Origin: Mobula hypostoma
Taxonomy: Eukaryota
Direction of reading: 5' to 3'
NCBI RefSeq assembly: GCF_963921235.1
Contig: NC_086097.1
Location: forward strand, 91,452,001-91,516,000
DNA: 64,000 bases
The translations under genes were made by a program, and so were the position numbers. Positions 12,544-25,960 of the stretch are shown in pieces. Within the stretch, counting starts at the first letter, position 1; each line of letters begins with the position of its first letter. A model generated the notes under the pieces. It made no database searches, had not been told where the DNA came from, and saw nothing but the letters and a program-made list of their open reading frames with translations.

Positions 12544-13296
12544 TTGTAACACACACAAGAAGGCCAGGCAGCATCTCTAGGAAGAGGTACAGTCGACGTT
12601 TCGGGACCCTTCATCAGGACTAACTGTAAGAGAAATAGTAAGAGATTTGAAAGTGGAAGGGGAGGGGGAGATCCAAAATGATAGGAGAAGACAGGAGGGG
12701 GAGGGATGGAGCTAAGAGCTGGAAAGTTGATTGGCAAAAGGGATATGAAGCTGGAGAAAGGAGAGGATCATGGGATGGGAGGCCTAGGGAGAAACAAAGG
12801 GGGAGGGGAGCCCAGAGGAGGGGCAAGGGGTTATAGTGAGAGGGACAGAGGGAGAAAAAAAAGAGAGAGAAAAAGGGGGGGGGGAATAATAAATTAATTA
12901 ATAAGGGATAGGTTACGAAGGGAAGGTGGGGCATTAACGGAAGTTGGAGAAGTCAATGTTCACACCATCAGGTTGGAGGCTACCCAGACGGAATATAAGG
13001 TGTTGTTCCTCCAACCTGAGTGTGGCTTCATCTTTACAGCAGAGGAGGCTGTGGATAGACATATCAGAATGGGAATGGGATGTGGAATTAAAATGTGTGG
13101 CCACTGGGAGATCCTGCTTTCTCTGGTGGACAGAGCATAGGCACTCAGCGAAACAGTCTCCCAGTCTGTGTCGGGTCTCGCCAATATATAGAAGGCCTCA
13201 TCGGGAGCACCTGGGCGCCTACGCTCTGTCCGCCAGAGAACCCAACGCGGCCTTCTATATATTGGCAAGACCCGACGCAGGCTGGGAGAGGTCTTT
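12544..13296 (-). mobile_element. Penelope-like element, 5'-truncated with short inverted 5' pieces
   Basis: GIY-YIG C-terminal remnant and 3' repeat. 13212-13290 is in the opposite orientation. 7-bp TSD TCTAATG (12537-12543, 13297-13303). Confidence 0.88.
12591..12621 (-). ncRNA. Minimal hammerhead motif with shortened stem II
   Basis: Minus strand reads AGTC-CTGATGA-AGGGTCCC-GAAA-CGTC-GACT. Confidence 0.6.
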
Positions 13297-14867
13297 TCTA
13301 ATGGTAGCTTGGAAATTTTTTTCCAGCCTCGGAAAACACAAAGCTGACCCTGTATCCAGCTCCATTTTCAGTTTTACACCAGGCACATGTATTATGATCC
13401 CTATGCTTTAGTAATGCTAAACAGTTCTAGCTATGTCAGTGCATCATTGTCAGACTCTGTGTGGTCCAATTCAGTTTCACATTCAGTCATTTTGTGCACT
13501 TATTTAGTTTTGTATTTGAAACTTTTCACTCTGTGTGGTTTTTCTCTTTGGTCTCCTGACTTGCACACTCTCTCTATGTGACCTTGTCTGTGACACTTTA
13601 CTGCAAAATTTTTCATTGAGCTAACAGTCACTTGCATCATGGGAGATATGCCACATCGATAACATTAGTGGCTTTTTGCACCATTCAGGGACATTTTGTG
13701 CATTTCATATTCTAATCTCTTTTTCTGTTGTTCTGACTGGCTGCTGTCTCCAACAAAATTGCAATCGTCAGTGCCTGTTCTAAGGTTAAGTCTCTTTCTG
13801 ACAGTAGACTCTTTTGAGTGCTTTGACAATGCATGTCACACACAAGGCTGTCCTTTAATGCATCAGAAAGTCCATCTCCAAAGTCACAGTACTGGGAAAG
13901 TTTGCACATTTCTGCAATGTATTCAGAAATGCTTTCATACTTTAACTGGTTCCTTTTGTGACATCTAAATCTCTCAGCTATTACTAGTCATTTAGGGCTC
14001 AATTGATTTTATAAAATGGCAACAATTTTGTTGAAATTCTTGCTTGCTAGCTTTTCAGAAGTTTCTAATATGCATAAGAGCCTGTACATTTTAGCACCCA
14101 TTAAGCTAAGAAGCATGGAGACTTCCTTTTCCTCATCCACGTTGCTTGCATTACAATATTTATCAACCTCTCAATACATGATTCCTGGTCCTCATTAGCA
14201 CTATCAAATCTGTCAACTACTAAGGCCATCATCACGTTATTTTCACTTTAACTTTGCTAGTTGTGCATCTCTCACTGTGCACTATTACTCATGCATTCCT
14301 TTGTTAGCATTCATGATAGCCTTCTCTGTACTGATTCACTCTTTCCTTTCGCTCTCTCTCTCCCTTCCTCTGAGTTCTGTCATCTCTTAACTGTCGGAAC
14401 AGCTGGTGACATCTGCTGACATTCAGGTTCGTACTCATTGTCAATTTGTTGAGTCTGTACAACTACATATCGATCAAATAAAAGCACACATTTGGAGGTG
14501 AAGTTAATTGGTATATTCACTTTGCAGAGAGAGAACAACAGATCAATGCACATGGGCAAGTTATCAGTCAATAATTAGTGATAAGGGGAGTCATTGCGCT
14601 ATAAGAAATAGATCCATATATTACAGTTGAGGCAGTAGTTTTCCGGAATAACAGAAACAAATTAAGGCTAAAATCTAATCAAGAGGATCAGATGGTTTAG
14701 ACATAGAATAATGGATGCCCAGAAGTGATTTACTGGCTGGAACCAAACAAAGGGCTCAGCTGATTAGGTTTACTCATTATTTACCATTGAAGGGTTACAA
14801 AAGAATTCCAGCAATTCTCCTCCTTCAGACTTGGATTACTTTCTCTAAGCACTAGCAAACCAACAGT

Positions 14868-15000
14868 TAAACACAAGAGATTCTGCAGATGCTGGAAATC
14901 TTCAGGAACACACACACCAAATGCTGGAGGAACTCAGCAAATCAGTATCTATGCAGGGGGATAAACAGGCAATATTTCAGGTTGAATCTCTTCATCAGGC
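14868..15000 (-). mobile_element. Degenerate PLE 3' terminal fragment
   Basis: CTGCAGATGCTGGAAAT...ATGCTGGAGGAACTCAGC, with a decayed CTGATGA...GAAA on minus. Confidence 0.7.
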
Positions 15001-16852
15001 CAACAGTTGTTTGCCAGATCTTTCCAGTGCACAAATTGTCCATGGAATTGTCTACACTATGGCATTGACCATACTCAAACAAATAATTGTTTGTGCAATC
15101 TTGGGACATTCTCAGGAGAGGATAAACCAGCCATGATCAAATAGTAGAGCACTCGATGGGCTGAATAGTCCACATCTACTCCTATGTCTTATGATCTTAT
15201 GAAAGACAGTATGAAAATGCAAGATAATTTTTTACCGTGTAATTTAACCATGGTAGAAGGATAATTGGCTTGGTCTTGCTCTTGAAGAACTTAGGGGGAT
15301 CAGCTTAATTTCTATCACCATTCAGTAATTTTTATTAGTATGACCTCAGAAGCTACAAAATTCATTACATTCAATTTCCTGACTTACCCAGCTGTAATTT
15401 AAAGTCCAATTCACTCAGTAAATCTCTGCACCAATTCTACAGTATTGTTCAGATTGGCTCTCCAAAGCCAAACGATCTTCCTTCTTTATCAGATATTTAT
15501 ATATAATTTAGTGTCAAATTTTGTTCAGTCATGTTCCCAAGAAGTACTTTGGGGTGTTTGCTGACATTAAGGCTTGGTATAAATGCAAGCTGCTGTTATT
15601 GTTACTAGACATTGACCTCCTGATGGTCACCATAGACCAGAAACATAATCAGACATAAATACTGTACCTGCAAGAGCAGATTGAAACCTGGGAATTTTGC
15701 AGCAAGTGACTCATCTTCTGACACCTCAGGGATTTTCCACTATCTACAAAGCACATCTAGAGAATGGGATGAAATATTCTCCACTTGACTGGATGAGTAC
15801 AGCACTAATAACTCTCAAGACACTCGACTCCACCCAGAACAAATCATCCACCACTAAAAGTTTGAGGAAATTGAAGGAACTGCCAAATGGACAAATCCAG
15901 CAAGAACCTTTCATCCAGACTCTTCAATCGCCATTCCTGAATATATCTTACCCTATAAAATCAGAAGGAAGTGACCCACGGAGTTCTCAATGTTGACTTC
16001 AGCTCCAGGAAGAACAATGCCATCAAGTCAACTATGTGAAGAAATATTTTCTTGATCATCTATTAATATTTTTCCCACGTCGTAACACTGAGGGAATGTT
16101 GAAACATTCCATGTAGTTGAATCCCAAACAAATGAAAAACTTATTGATTCCTTTCTAACTATTCTCCAATCTGTAGATGCATCTTTCCATGACATGTCAT
16201 TGTGCAGTCTATGGAGGGGATGAGATCCCATCCTTACAAAGAGGTCATTATTCTCGTCTTGCTGTGACACTGCCATCAGGATAAATGGGACTGAAACAAA
16301 CGGAGCAGTGACGTGTTATGGCACCTTTAGCAGCAGGAGCATTGTACTGAACCACAATCTGTGATCTTGGGGTCAACTTTACCGCAGAGAACACACTTCA
16401 AACACTGCTAAAGCTTAGGCATACAGTATGAAATAGCTAGTATGAGAGCGAGGGAAGTGACATTTTCTCCAGAATTCTTTGCCACCAGATATTGGAGTTT
16501 TTTATGGTTGTGAAGACTTTGAGAAATCCTGAGGTCACAAAGAACAACAAATAAATGCAAGAATGTGGATAAAGGGATAATTTGGAGAAAAATTTTAATT
16601 TCAATTATTTGTCAATAGAAAACATCTTCATTACTTTTAAGGCTATACTACTAATGCATTAATCCCCAAAATGTTCACTGACCACTGGTAACAAATGTAA
16701 CCAAATAACCCAGAGCAGAATTATGAAGTAATTTCAATTCCTCCAGCCTACAATGGTGCCCCCAACTTACACCCCTTCCCATAGAACCACATCCCCAGAT
16801 GTCCTCATCTCACACAAATAAATCATCGGCTATACATGGAGTGTAGTTAAGA

Positions 16853-19692
16853 AGACCATAAGACATTGGAGCAGAATTAGGCCATTCAGCCCATCGAGTC
16901 TGCTCCACCATTCCTTCATGGCTGATCTCTGATCTCTCTCAATCCCATACACCTGCCTTTTCACTATACCTTTTGATGCCATGACCTATAAGGACATCAT
17001 GTATGTCTATGATTTGGACTATGGGATTAATGGATTTGCGGCTAAGTGTGCCGATGATACAAAGACAGGTGGAGGAGCAGGTATTGTTGAGGAAACAGAG
17101 CCTGCAGAGAGACTTAGATAGGTTACGGGAATGGGCAAAAAAGTGATAAATGAAATACGATGTTGGAACATGTATGATCATGCACTTTGGTGGAAGAAAT
17201 AAGCAGGCAGACTATTATTTAGATGGGGAGAGAATTCAAAATACAGAGATGCAAAGGGACTTGGAGTCCTTGTGCAGGATACCCTAAAGGTTAACCTCCA
17301 GGTTGAGCAGTGGTGAAGAAGGTGAATGCAATGTTGGCATTCATTTCTAGAGGTATAGAATATAAGAACAGGGATGTGATGTTGAAACTCGTGAGACCAC
17401 ACTTGGAGTATTGTGTCTATTTTTAGGCTCCTTATTTTAGAAAAGATATACTGACATTGGAGCAGGTTCAGAGAAGATTCACGAGAATGATTCCAGGAAT
17501 GAAAGGGTTACCATATGAAGAACATCTGGTACCTTTTGGGCTGTATTCCCTGGAGTTCAGAAGAACGAGGGGGGATCTCATAGAAACATTCTGAATGTTA
17601 AAAGGCCTGAACAGATTAGATATGGCAAAGTTATTTCCCATGGTACAGGAATCTAGAACAAGAGGACACGACTTCAGGATTGAAGGACGTCCATTTAGAA
17701 CAGAAATGCGGAGAAATTTCTTTAGTCAGAAGGTGGTAAACGTGTGGAATTTGCTGCCAAGAGTGGCTGTGGAGGCCAAGTCATTGGGTGCATTTAAGAG
17801 AGAGATAGATAGGTTCTTGATTAGCCAGGGCACCAAAGGGTACGGGGAGAAGGCATGAGAGTGGGGATGACTGGAAGAATTGGATCAGCCCATGATTAAA
17901 TGGTGGAGTAGACTCGATGGGCAGAATGGCCTACTTCTGCTCCTATATCTTCTGGTCTTATGGTCTGAATATACCCATGGACTTGGCCTTCATTGCAGTC
18001 TGTGACAGAACATTCCACAGGTTCACTACTCTCTGGCTAAAAAAAATTTTTCCTTACCTCTGTTCTAAAAGGTCGCTCCTTAATTTGGAGGCTGTGTCCT
18101 CTAGTTCTGGATAGCGCCACCATTGGAAACATCCTGTCTAAATTCTCACTATCTAGTCCTTTCAATGTTTGGCAGGTTTCAATGAGGTCCACTCGCATTC
18201 TACTAAATTCCAGTGAGTACAGGCCCAAAGCTGCCAAACGCTCCTCATATGTTAACCCCTCCATTCCTGGAATCATCGTTGTGAACCTCCTCTGGACTCT
18301 CTCTAACGACAACACTTCCTCTAATGACAACAAGTCCTAATGCTGACTTTGACTTATTTTATCATTAATCTCCAAGTACCCTGAAAACTCATCCTTAATA
18401 ATAGACTCCCAATATTTCCCCAATCACTGAAGTTAGGCTTTCTGGCCTATAATTTCCTTTCTTTTGCGTTCCTCCCTTCTTAAAGAGTGGAGTAACATTT
18501 GCAATCTCCAGTTCTCCGGGACCATGCCAGAATCAAGTGATTCTTGAAATATCATGACCAATGCATCCATTATCTCATCAGCAACCTCACTTAGGATGCC
18601 GCGATGTAGTCCATCTGGTCCAGGTGACATAGGGTCAGAGAATGTTGAATCTTTGTGGGTGGAGTTAAGAAACTGCAAGGATAAAAACAAATTATGGGAT
18701 TAATATATAGGCCTCCAATAATAGGGGTTGAGATTGCAAAGGGAGCTGGAAAAGGCATGAAATAAAGTCAATGTCACAATTGCAATGGGGGACTTCAATA
18801 TGCAAGGGGATTGGGAAAATCAGGTTGCCATCGATCATAAGAGAGAATTTGCTGAATGCCTATGACAAGGCTTTTTAGAGCTGCTCGTGCTTGAGTCCAT
18901 TCAGAGAAAGGCCATCTGAGATTGGGTGTTGTGTAATAACCCAGATCTTATTAGAGAACTTAATGTAAAGGAACACTTAGGAGGCAGTGATCATAATATG
19001 AATCAATTCATACCTCTATTTGAGAGAGAAGCATAAGTCACATGTATCAGTATCACAGTGGAATAAAGGGAAATACAGAGGTTTGCGAGAGGAGCTTGTC
19101 TAGGTGGATTGGAGACAGACGCTAACGGGGATGACGGCAGAGCAGAGTGGCTGAAGTTTCTGGGAATAGTTCACGAGGCGCAGGATAGATATGCCCCACA
19201 GAAGAAATAGTTCTCAAATGGCAGTGGTAGGCAATCATGGTTGACAAGGGAAGTTAAGGGCTGCATAAAAGCCAAGGAAAGGGCATATAAGGTAGCAAAA
19301 GCAAAAGGGAAGTTGGATGATTGGGAAGCTTTTAAAATCCAACAAAAAGGCAACTGAAAAAGCTGTAAGAAGGGAAAATTTGAAATATGAGGGAAAACTA
19401 GCCAATAATATAAAGCAGGATACTAAAAGTTTTTTCAGTATGCTAGAAGGTTTTTCAGTATACTACAAGTTTTTTTAAAGAGTAAAAGGGAGGTGAGAGG
19501 TGATATTGGACCACTGGAAAATTATGCTGATGATGTAGTAATGGGGGACAAAGAAATGGTAGATGAACTTAATGGGTACTTTGCCTCAGTCTTCACTGTG
19601 GAAGACACTAGCAGTGTGCCAGAGGTCCATGAGTGTTCAGGGAGCAGAAGTGAGTGCCATTGCTATTACAAAGGAAAAAGTGCTAGGCAAAT
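16853..19692 (-). mobile_element. CR1 LINE with inverted 5' segment (18628-19692) and a nested plus-strand CR1
   Basis: Tail at 16853, ERVQRRFT (18037-18333), SPGPDG (18433-18627). Endonuclease/linker region is on the plus strand. Candidate TSD TTAAGA. Confidence 0.8.
16999..17965 (+). mobile_element. CR1 LINE 3' fragment nested in another CR1
   Basis: ADDTK through RTRGH...RNFFSQ, then 3' UTR with TATGGTCT tail. Confidence 0.9.
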
Positions 19693-19847
19693 TTAAGACA
19701 GACTGGTACACAGAGAATATTAGTAATATAGCAGAGACAGAGACTTAAGATTGTTTTTTTCATTATGATCGTTTTAATTATGCTCATCAGGAAAAATTTT
19801 ACCTGCAGGAAATTGCTGGAACTTATACATATAGTATAAAATAACTA

Positions 19848-20799
19848 CAGGTCCACAACCCCTTATCCGAAATTCTGAAAACTGAAAAGCTCCAAAAACC
19901 ATTTTTTTTCATGGAGTGTGGAGCGTGTCGTACCAAGGCTTGTTTGGCACGCCAACAGCTGACGTCACTTAATTCAAGTTAATTGCTGGCCTTGAACAAC
20001 GTGCATTTATCGGTGAGCAAGAGATTATGGCAGTTTACTCAGTTAAAGAGAGATTGCTTAGACATAAACCTATGTTAATGAGACGGATGACACTTGAAGA
20101 AGTCTTTAAAAACGCCGTCTGTCGTAGTGCTGCTTCATAACTTGAGAATCCTGTTCCTGGCCCATCAGCTACCCGTAAAGTATTTAGCTTTGTTTGCCAG
20201 ACGTAATGCAACTTAACTATAGGTACCTGTACGTATTTAGCTTAGTTTGAACCTGTATATGTCCTAGAGTATTTATGTTCTACATTTATTCCAATACGTC
20301 ATTTACCATGTGTTTGATTCAGTTCATTTGAAGCTGTATATTTTTATGTTTTATTGAATGTTTTTGTCAGAAATAAAATGTACTAGTGTATTTATGGTCT
20401 ATAATTATCCCACTATTTCATTTATCAGTATATTACTCTATAGATGAATTATAATAGTACTTGTAAAAGAGTGCAGATCGGGAAAACCCAGAAGTTCTCT
20501 CTCCAGCACTCGTTGTTTGAGCATGTACAGACTTTATTTCTTGTCATTATTCCCTAAACAATACAGTATAACAACTATTTACATAGTATTTACATTGTAT
20601 TAGGTATTAAGTAATCTAGAGATGATTTAATGTATACAGGAGGATGTGCGTAGGTTTGGATCTCCCCCGGCTCTTAAAGTCCACCGGCACTGAAACAAGT
20701 TAATTATCAATATAGTTATCAATATTCTGAAACCCAAAAAATTCTGAATTCCAAAATGCAACTGGCCCCAAGGATTTCGGATAAGGGATTGTGGACCTG
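19848..20799. mobile_element. Non-autonomous Tigger/pogo element (952 bp)
   Basis: 26-bp TIRs CAGGTCCACAACCCCTTATCCGAAAT / ATTTCGGATAAGGGATTGTGGACCTG with one mismatch. TA on both sides. Confidence 0.92.
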
Positions 20800-22179
20800 T
20801 AGTATGAGAGCAAGGAAGGTGGCACTTCCAAATGGTTGTCCTCTGGAATTCTTTGCCACCAGATATTGCAGATTTTAATGAAAAATTGAGAACTAATTGA
20901 TGGACAAAAAGATACTAAGTGAATTAGACGTTCAGTGGTCAATACACAAGTCAATTTACTGTAGGGTACACACTGGGGGGGGGGGGGAAGGTCAACTATA
21001 TTATTACCATTGATGTGGGCCTACAGTGGGATAAACAAATAGTTAGGAACATGCTGGCAAGGATTGTGGGGTAAAAAATTTGTAAAAGATTGAGTGATAT
21101 GGAACCAAAGGCTGCGGCAAAGTTTCAGAGCTATGGCAGGGAAGATGATATTCCTAAAAATAAGGTTATAAGTCAAGCTGGTAGCATCAACACAGAATAC
21201 ACTATTAGAGATACTGGGAGAATATTAAGGCAGTTTTCAAAAGCCAAGGGAATCTGCAGTGTTTAAGCATCTTGCAGCAAAAGCTGAACAAACACTTACT
21301 TAACTGCAGCTTAGCAAGTAAAGCAAGTACTGGCGTGCAACAGCAGTTCAATATTTTGGGCAGGTGGCACTTGTAATGAAACCATCTGAGTAGGCCACCA
21401 TGAGATGGAAAGCCAAAGTTTCTGAGCAAGCACAAGGGAGCCAAAGACACAGAGAAGTTCAAGATGAACAGATTGAGTCCATACTGCAGTAGGGCAATCT
21501 TACTTTTATCGGAACAATAGGAATATTCAGTCCTTGGAAATGAACAACTTGCATGAGAAAAATGTTTGTTTGGACAATGTGAGACACCCAGTTACGACAG
21601 AGCTGTATCATTGTGACAGCCCACTGATCAGGAGCAAGGCCAGAAGTTTAGTGCAATAGCAAGGCCACTTCAATCCAGTGAGATGATGCACTGCTGAAAA
21701 TGAGACTGCGTGAGCCTTGGGAGAATGTGTGATGTCCACCAGACTTCCTTTTTTTCACAGAATAATTAAATGGGCTGAATCAAGTTCATATTAATCTGGA
21801 TGGTTTCAGTGAGTTCCAAATTTGTAAGTTCCAAAAATCCCATTAGTGATGTTAAGATATACTGATGACAGCTGACTACAGTGCAACCCAGCAAATATGG
21901 TCAACATGTGGGTACGAGACAGGGAAAGGCAGAGGCAACAACTTTCTAACTTCAGAAAAGACAATAGGAAAAGATCCAGAGTCTTTAGGAGGCCAGTGTA
22001 GTGGTCAAGGTTCAGTCCATAACAGTATAAAAAAGCAAAAAGTATTAAGTAATCAAATTACTTGTTATTATTGAACTTACAGTAATCAGGGATCTATTGG
22101 TAGCTTTGTATAACTGTAATTGTAGTTAATTGATCTGTGTTCAGTTTGAGGTTATAATTAACATTAATGTATTTAGCAC

Positions 22180-22955
22180 AGTAGAGACATAGAGCACTAC
22201 AGCCCAGAAGCAGGCCCTTGGCCCACCTAGTCCATGACAAACTGTTATTCTGCTTAGTCCTGTTGACCTGCACCTGCATCTGGAACATAGTCCTCCATAC
22301 CCCCTCCCATCCAAACTTTTTGCAATCAAACCCACATCCACTACTTCCGCTGGCAGCTCACACCACCATGACTGAAGAAGTTCCCCCTTATTTTCTAGTC
22401 TCACCCAACCTCAATGGAAAAAGCATGAATGCGTTTCCCTTATCTATACCCCTCATAATTTTGTCTTCTTGTGTCAACTTCCCCTCATTTTGTTATGTTC
22501 CAGGAAATAAAGTCCTAATCTATTTAACCTTTCCTATAACTCGGGTGCTTAAGTCCCGGCAACATCCTTTTAAAAATATCAGTTTTATCAATCTTATTGA
22601 TCAATATCAATATGTTGGTTTGATATTGATATTTCTCCTGCCAGTAGATGACCAGAACTGCACACAGTATTCCAAATTTGGCCTCACTAATGTCTTCCAC
22701 AGCTTCAACATAACATCCCAACTCGTGTACTCAATACTCTGATTTATGATGGCCAATGTGCCAAAAGTGCTTTTAACATTATCTTCCTGAGACATCACTT
22801 TCAAGGAATTATGGATCCGTATTCCTAGATCTCTTTGATCTACCTCACTCCTCAGTGCTCTACCGTTACCTGTGTAAGTTCTAACCTGGTTTGTCCTCCC
22901 CAAGTGCAATACCTCATACTTATCTGCATTAAATTTCATCTGCTATTTTTCAACA
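22180..22955 (-). mobile_element. CR1 LINE 3' fragment
   Basis: MKFNADK.EVLHLGR...LVRPNLEYCVQFWS and CR1 3' UTR. Confidence 0.88.
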
Positions 22956-23906
22956 ATGTATGATAATTATGCCTGGTCAAGATAATAACTGTAGTACAGG
23001 ACATGCAATTAGTTACATATAAAGCCCAGTCAAGATGTAATCCATTGGGATTGCTATTACCAAGAACAGATACTATAGAGATATTTATAGTGTTGGGTTT
23101 GCCATTGCAGAGAATAGAACATGAGCGATATATGTTCAGATAAATCTAAAACAGAATATGTATCTCTTTGTAAATAATTAGTTAATTTTATATCCTTACA
23201 TATAAATAGTAAATTCATATAATTTAATACAGAATATGAAAAAATATTTGTTAGCATGTATCACTTTCCATTAAAGGGAATGCAGTTGGTATATTTTGCA
23301 TGTGTACCTACTTTTAAGAACAATATGTAGTATGTGCTACGACTTTGGATACATTGTTGTACCAGCCAACACTTAATTGATTGTTGACTGCCTTCAGAAA
23401 ATTAAATTTTGTTGGCAAGCTTGACTGGCTAAGTATCGCCCAAGAGTTGGGTCATGAAGGTGACATGATAAGACACAGACTCTGTCTTGCTTGTGCTTGC
23501 TAACAATAGGTCATGCCAAAAATGAGGTATTGCTGACCTTTGTCCAAGTCTGTCCTGCTGAAATGGGAAGTCAATATGAATATATAGTTCTAATTTTGTG
23601 TACCGTGTGGACACCTAACAAGTGCTTCTTGAAATCGCTGACCAAGTATGTTTAGCTGTTGGCTATTGCCCAAAATTTACTGTATCAATTTAAGATGTAA
23701 CCTGACATTGGCAGAGTCATAAGACAATGGCTCCCCGGGAACAGTTATTAAAGGGTTAACTCAATACCAAGGTCTGTCTTTTTTTCTGTTTGATGATGGG
23801 GTAAATTCTCTTACAGTAAAATATGGTAATCCAGGGTGAATTCTTCGACAATGTGCTATGACTTTTGATACATTGTTGTACCAGCCAATACTGTTAATTG
23901 ATTGTT

Positions 23907-24456
23907 CACAAGATCACAAGACAAAGGAGCAGAAGTAGGCCATTCGGCCCATCGAATCTGCTCCGCAGCTTCCCCATGAGCTAAACTATTCACCCATCTA
24001 GTTCCAATTTCCGGCTTTTTCCCCGTATCCCTTGATACCCTGACTAACTAGATACCTGTCAACGTCCTCCTTAAACACCCTCAATGATCGGGCCTCCACA
24101 GCTGTATGTGGCAACGAATTCCACAAATCCACGACCCTCTGGCTAAAAAAATTTCTCCTCATCTCTGTTTTAACTGGGTATCCTCTAATTCTAAGACTAT
24201 GGCCTCTTGTCCTGGAGTCACCCACCAAGGGAAACAACCTTTCCACATCTACTCTGTCCAACCCTTTCAACATTCGAAACGTTTCTATGAGATCCCCTCT
24301 CATTCTTCTATACTCTAATGAATACAATCCAAGAGCCGACAGACGCTCCTCATATGTTAGCCCCTGCATTCCAGGAATCATCATCGTAAATCTTCTCTGA
24401 ACTCTCTCCAACATCAGTATATCCTTTCTAAGATAGGGGGCCCAAAACTGCACACA
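23907..24456 (-). mobile_element. Relatively young CR1 3' fragment
   Basis: Uninterrupted ORF2 C-terminus (CVQFWAPYLRKD...GYGEKAGNWN) plus tail. Flanked by GTT/GTT. Confidence 0.92.
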
Positions 24457-24714
24457 GTTGACTGCCTTCAATAAAGGATGCTTGCTTAATAGCTCTATCC
24501 TTGTGATTTATATTCCCAAACAACAGATCCCCTACTAGACACTACAACTATGCCCAAATAAAGTGCTTCTGAAAATTGATGTGCTATTACTAAAATTTCT
24601 TAATCCATACAGCTAGTTTATTAGAAGCCTATCAAGCAGTTCATGAAATCATACAGAGAGTTCATGTGGCCTGCAACCTGTGAAAGAGCAGAACAATTAG
24701 TTCTACTTTTTAAC

Positions 24715-24990
24715 ATTTTATTTCTTTATTTAGAGATACAGCATGGAATAGACCCTTCTGGCCCAATGAGCCACGTTATCCAGTAAACCCGTAGCCTAAC
24801 AGTAGGACAGTTTACAATGACCAATTAACCCACTAACCGTTACATCTTTGGACAGTGGAAAGAAACCAGAATACCTGGAGGAAACCAATGTAGTCACAGA
24901 GGGAATGTACAACTCCTTACAGACGGTGCCAGAATTGAATTCCAAAGCCCCAAGCTGTAATAGTGTTGTGCTATCCGCTATCCTACCATG
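24715..24990 (-). mobile_element. V-SINE
   Basis: Minus strand has a tRNA-like head (GGTAGGATAGCGGATAGCAC), a V-domain-like GGTTTCCTCCAGGTATTCTGGTTTCTTTCCAC and a CR1-like tail. Confidence 0.7.
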
Positions 24991-25719
24991 TTTATACTTC
25001 TGCAGTTTATCTCAATCCTGTAATTATTTTAAGTGTCTATCCAATCTCCTTTTGAAGGTCACTGTGGATTTTCTCCCACAACCTTAAAAAGGTCATGCAC
25101 ATCGGATCATAACCAACTCCCAGTATCCCCTTTGTTGCCTTTTCCAATTATCCCATATCTGTGACCTAATCCTCATGCTGAAAAAATAGATACACTTGAG
25201 ATTTGTGATTCAAATCCCCTCTTAACCTTCTCTCAAAGTTCAGCTTCTTCCCTGCTCTAAGGAGAGCACTATTGCCTCTTTGGCAGTGCAAACTCAGCAA
25301 ATGGAGTGGAATTGATAAGCACCACAGCAGAGATGTTGACAGGATGAGAGGTTGAAAATTAGGCCAGTAGCTGCTCCTAGTGATAAGCGAAGTCCTTGTT
25401 AAAGTTGCCCTGTTTGTTTACTTAAAGATCAATAGTAACCACAGTGACAGAGGAGATATATCTATTCTGCCTTGTTCCATGGCTGATAATAATAGAAGTG
25501 ACTCATTTGAACAAAACTATTGTTACTTAGCTACAGATAGTTTATCTTCAGTCACACATGCAGATGATGAACATCTGAAGCAAAGATGCATTTATCTGAT
25601 GGCTTTCACGTCCTTAGAATTTCTCATAGCCAATATGTCCTGAAGATAACTCATTTTTATCTTAGTACAAGAAAGGATGACCGATTCAGTGGAGGAGCTG
25701 TCTGCTTTACTATCCATTG

Positions 25720-25960
25720 TGTTGGCTGGAAAATAAAGATCAGCCAAAATACTGGGAGAGCGTCTCTTCTCTTCTTCAGAAAATCCAAGCATTCACCAGC
25801 ACAGGTAAATGGATTTTTTTTTATTTGCAAATGATCTGAAAGAGAGTACCTGCAACATTGCTGCACTCCTTCAGTATTGCATTGAACACTAAGTTTTATA
25901 TTCATGCCATGGAAAAGAACGCAACTGCAAAACTACAGAGAGCAATGCTACTGAACCAGG
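25720..25960 (-). mobile_element. Degenerate Deu-domain SINE
   Basis: Minus strand CAATGCAATACTGAAGGAGTGCAGCAATGTTGCAGGTACTCTCTTTCAGAT resembles the Deu core. Confidence 0.55.

Larger units (their letters stand above)
5879..14625 (-). mobile_element. Degraded Gypsy LTR retrotransposon with multiple nested insertions
   Basis: Two homologous LTRs (5879-6042, truncated by a Tigger; 14447-14625, TG...CA). Flanks GTTTA/GTTGA are a likely 5-bp TSD. Decayed PBS TGACAATGAG. Remnants of gag (CDFGDGLSDALKD), protease (MELDTGSA near 13342-13365), RT (LDD, KCEFFKNEISYCGH) and RNase H (TDHQPL). Confidence 0.9.

Noticed and set aside
15850..16400. Coding-looking stretch (ORF 16028-16276 and overlapping frames) considered as a pseudogene or viral fragment
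   Set aside because: Stops in the frames I read, no motif I can name and no convincing splice sites. BLASTX would be needed.
20900..21800. Possible degraded L1/Tx1 ORF2 or exon (WENIKAVFK...)
   Set aside because: Multiple stops and no diagnostic motif.
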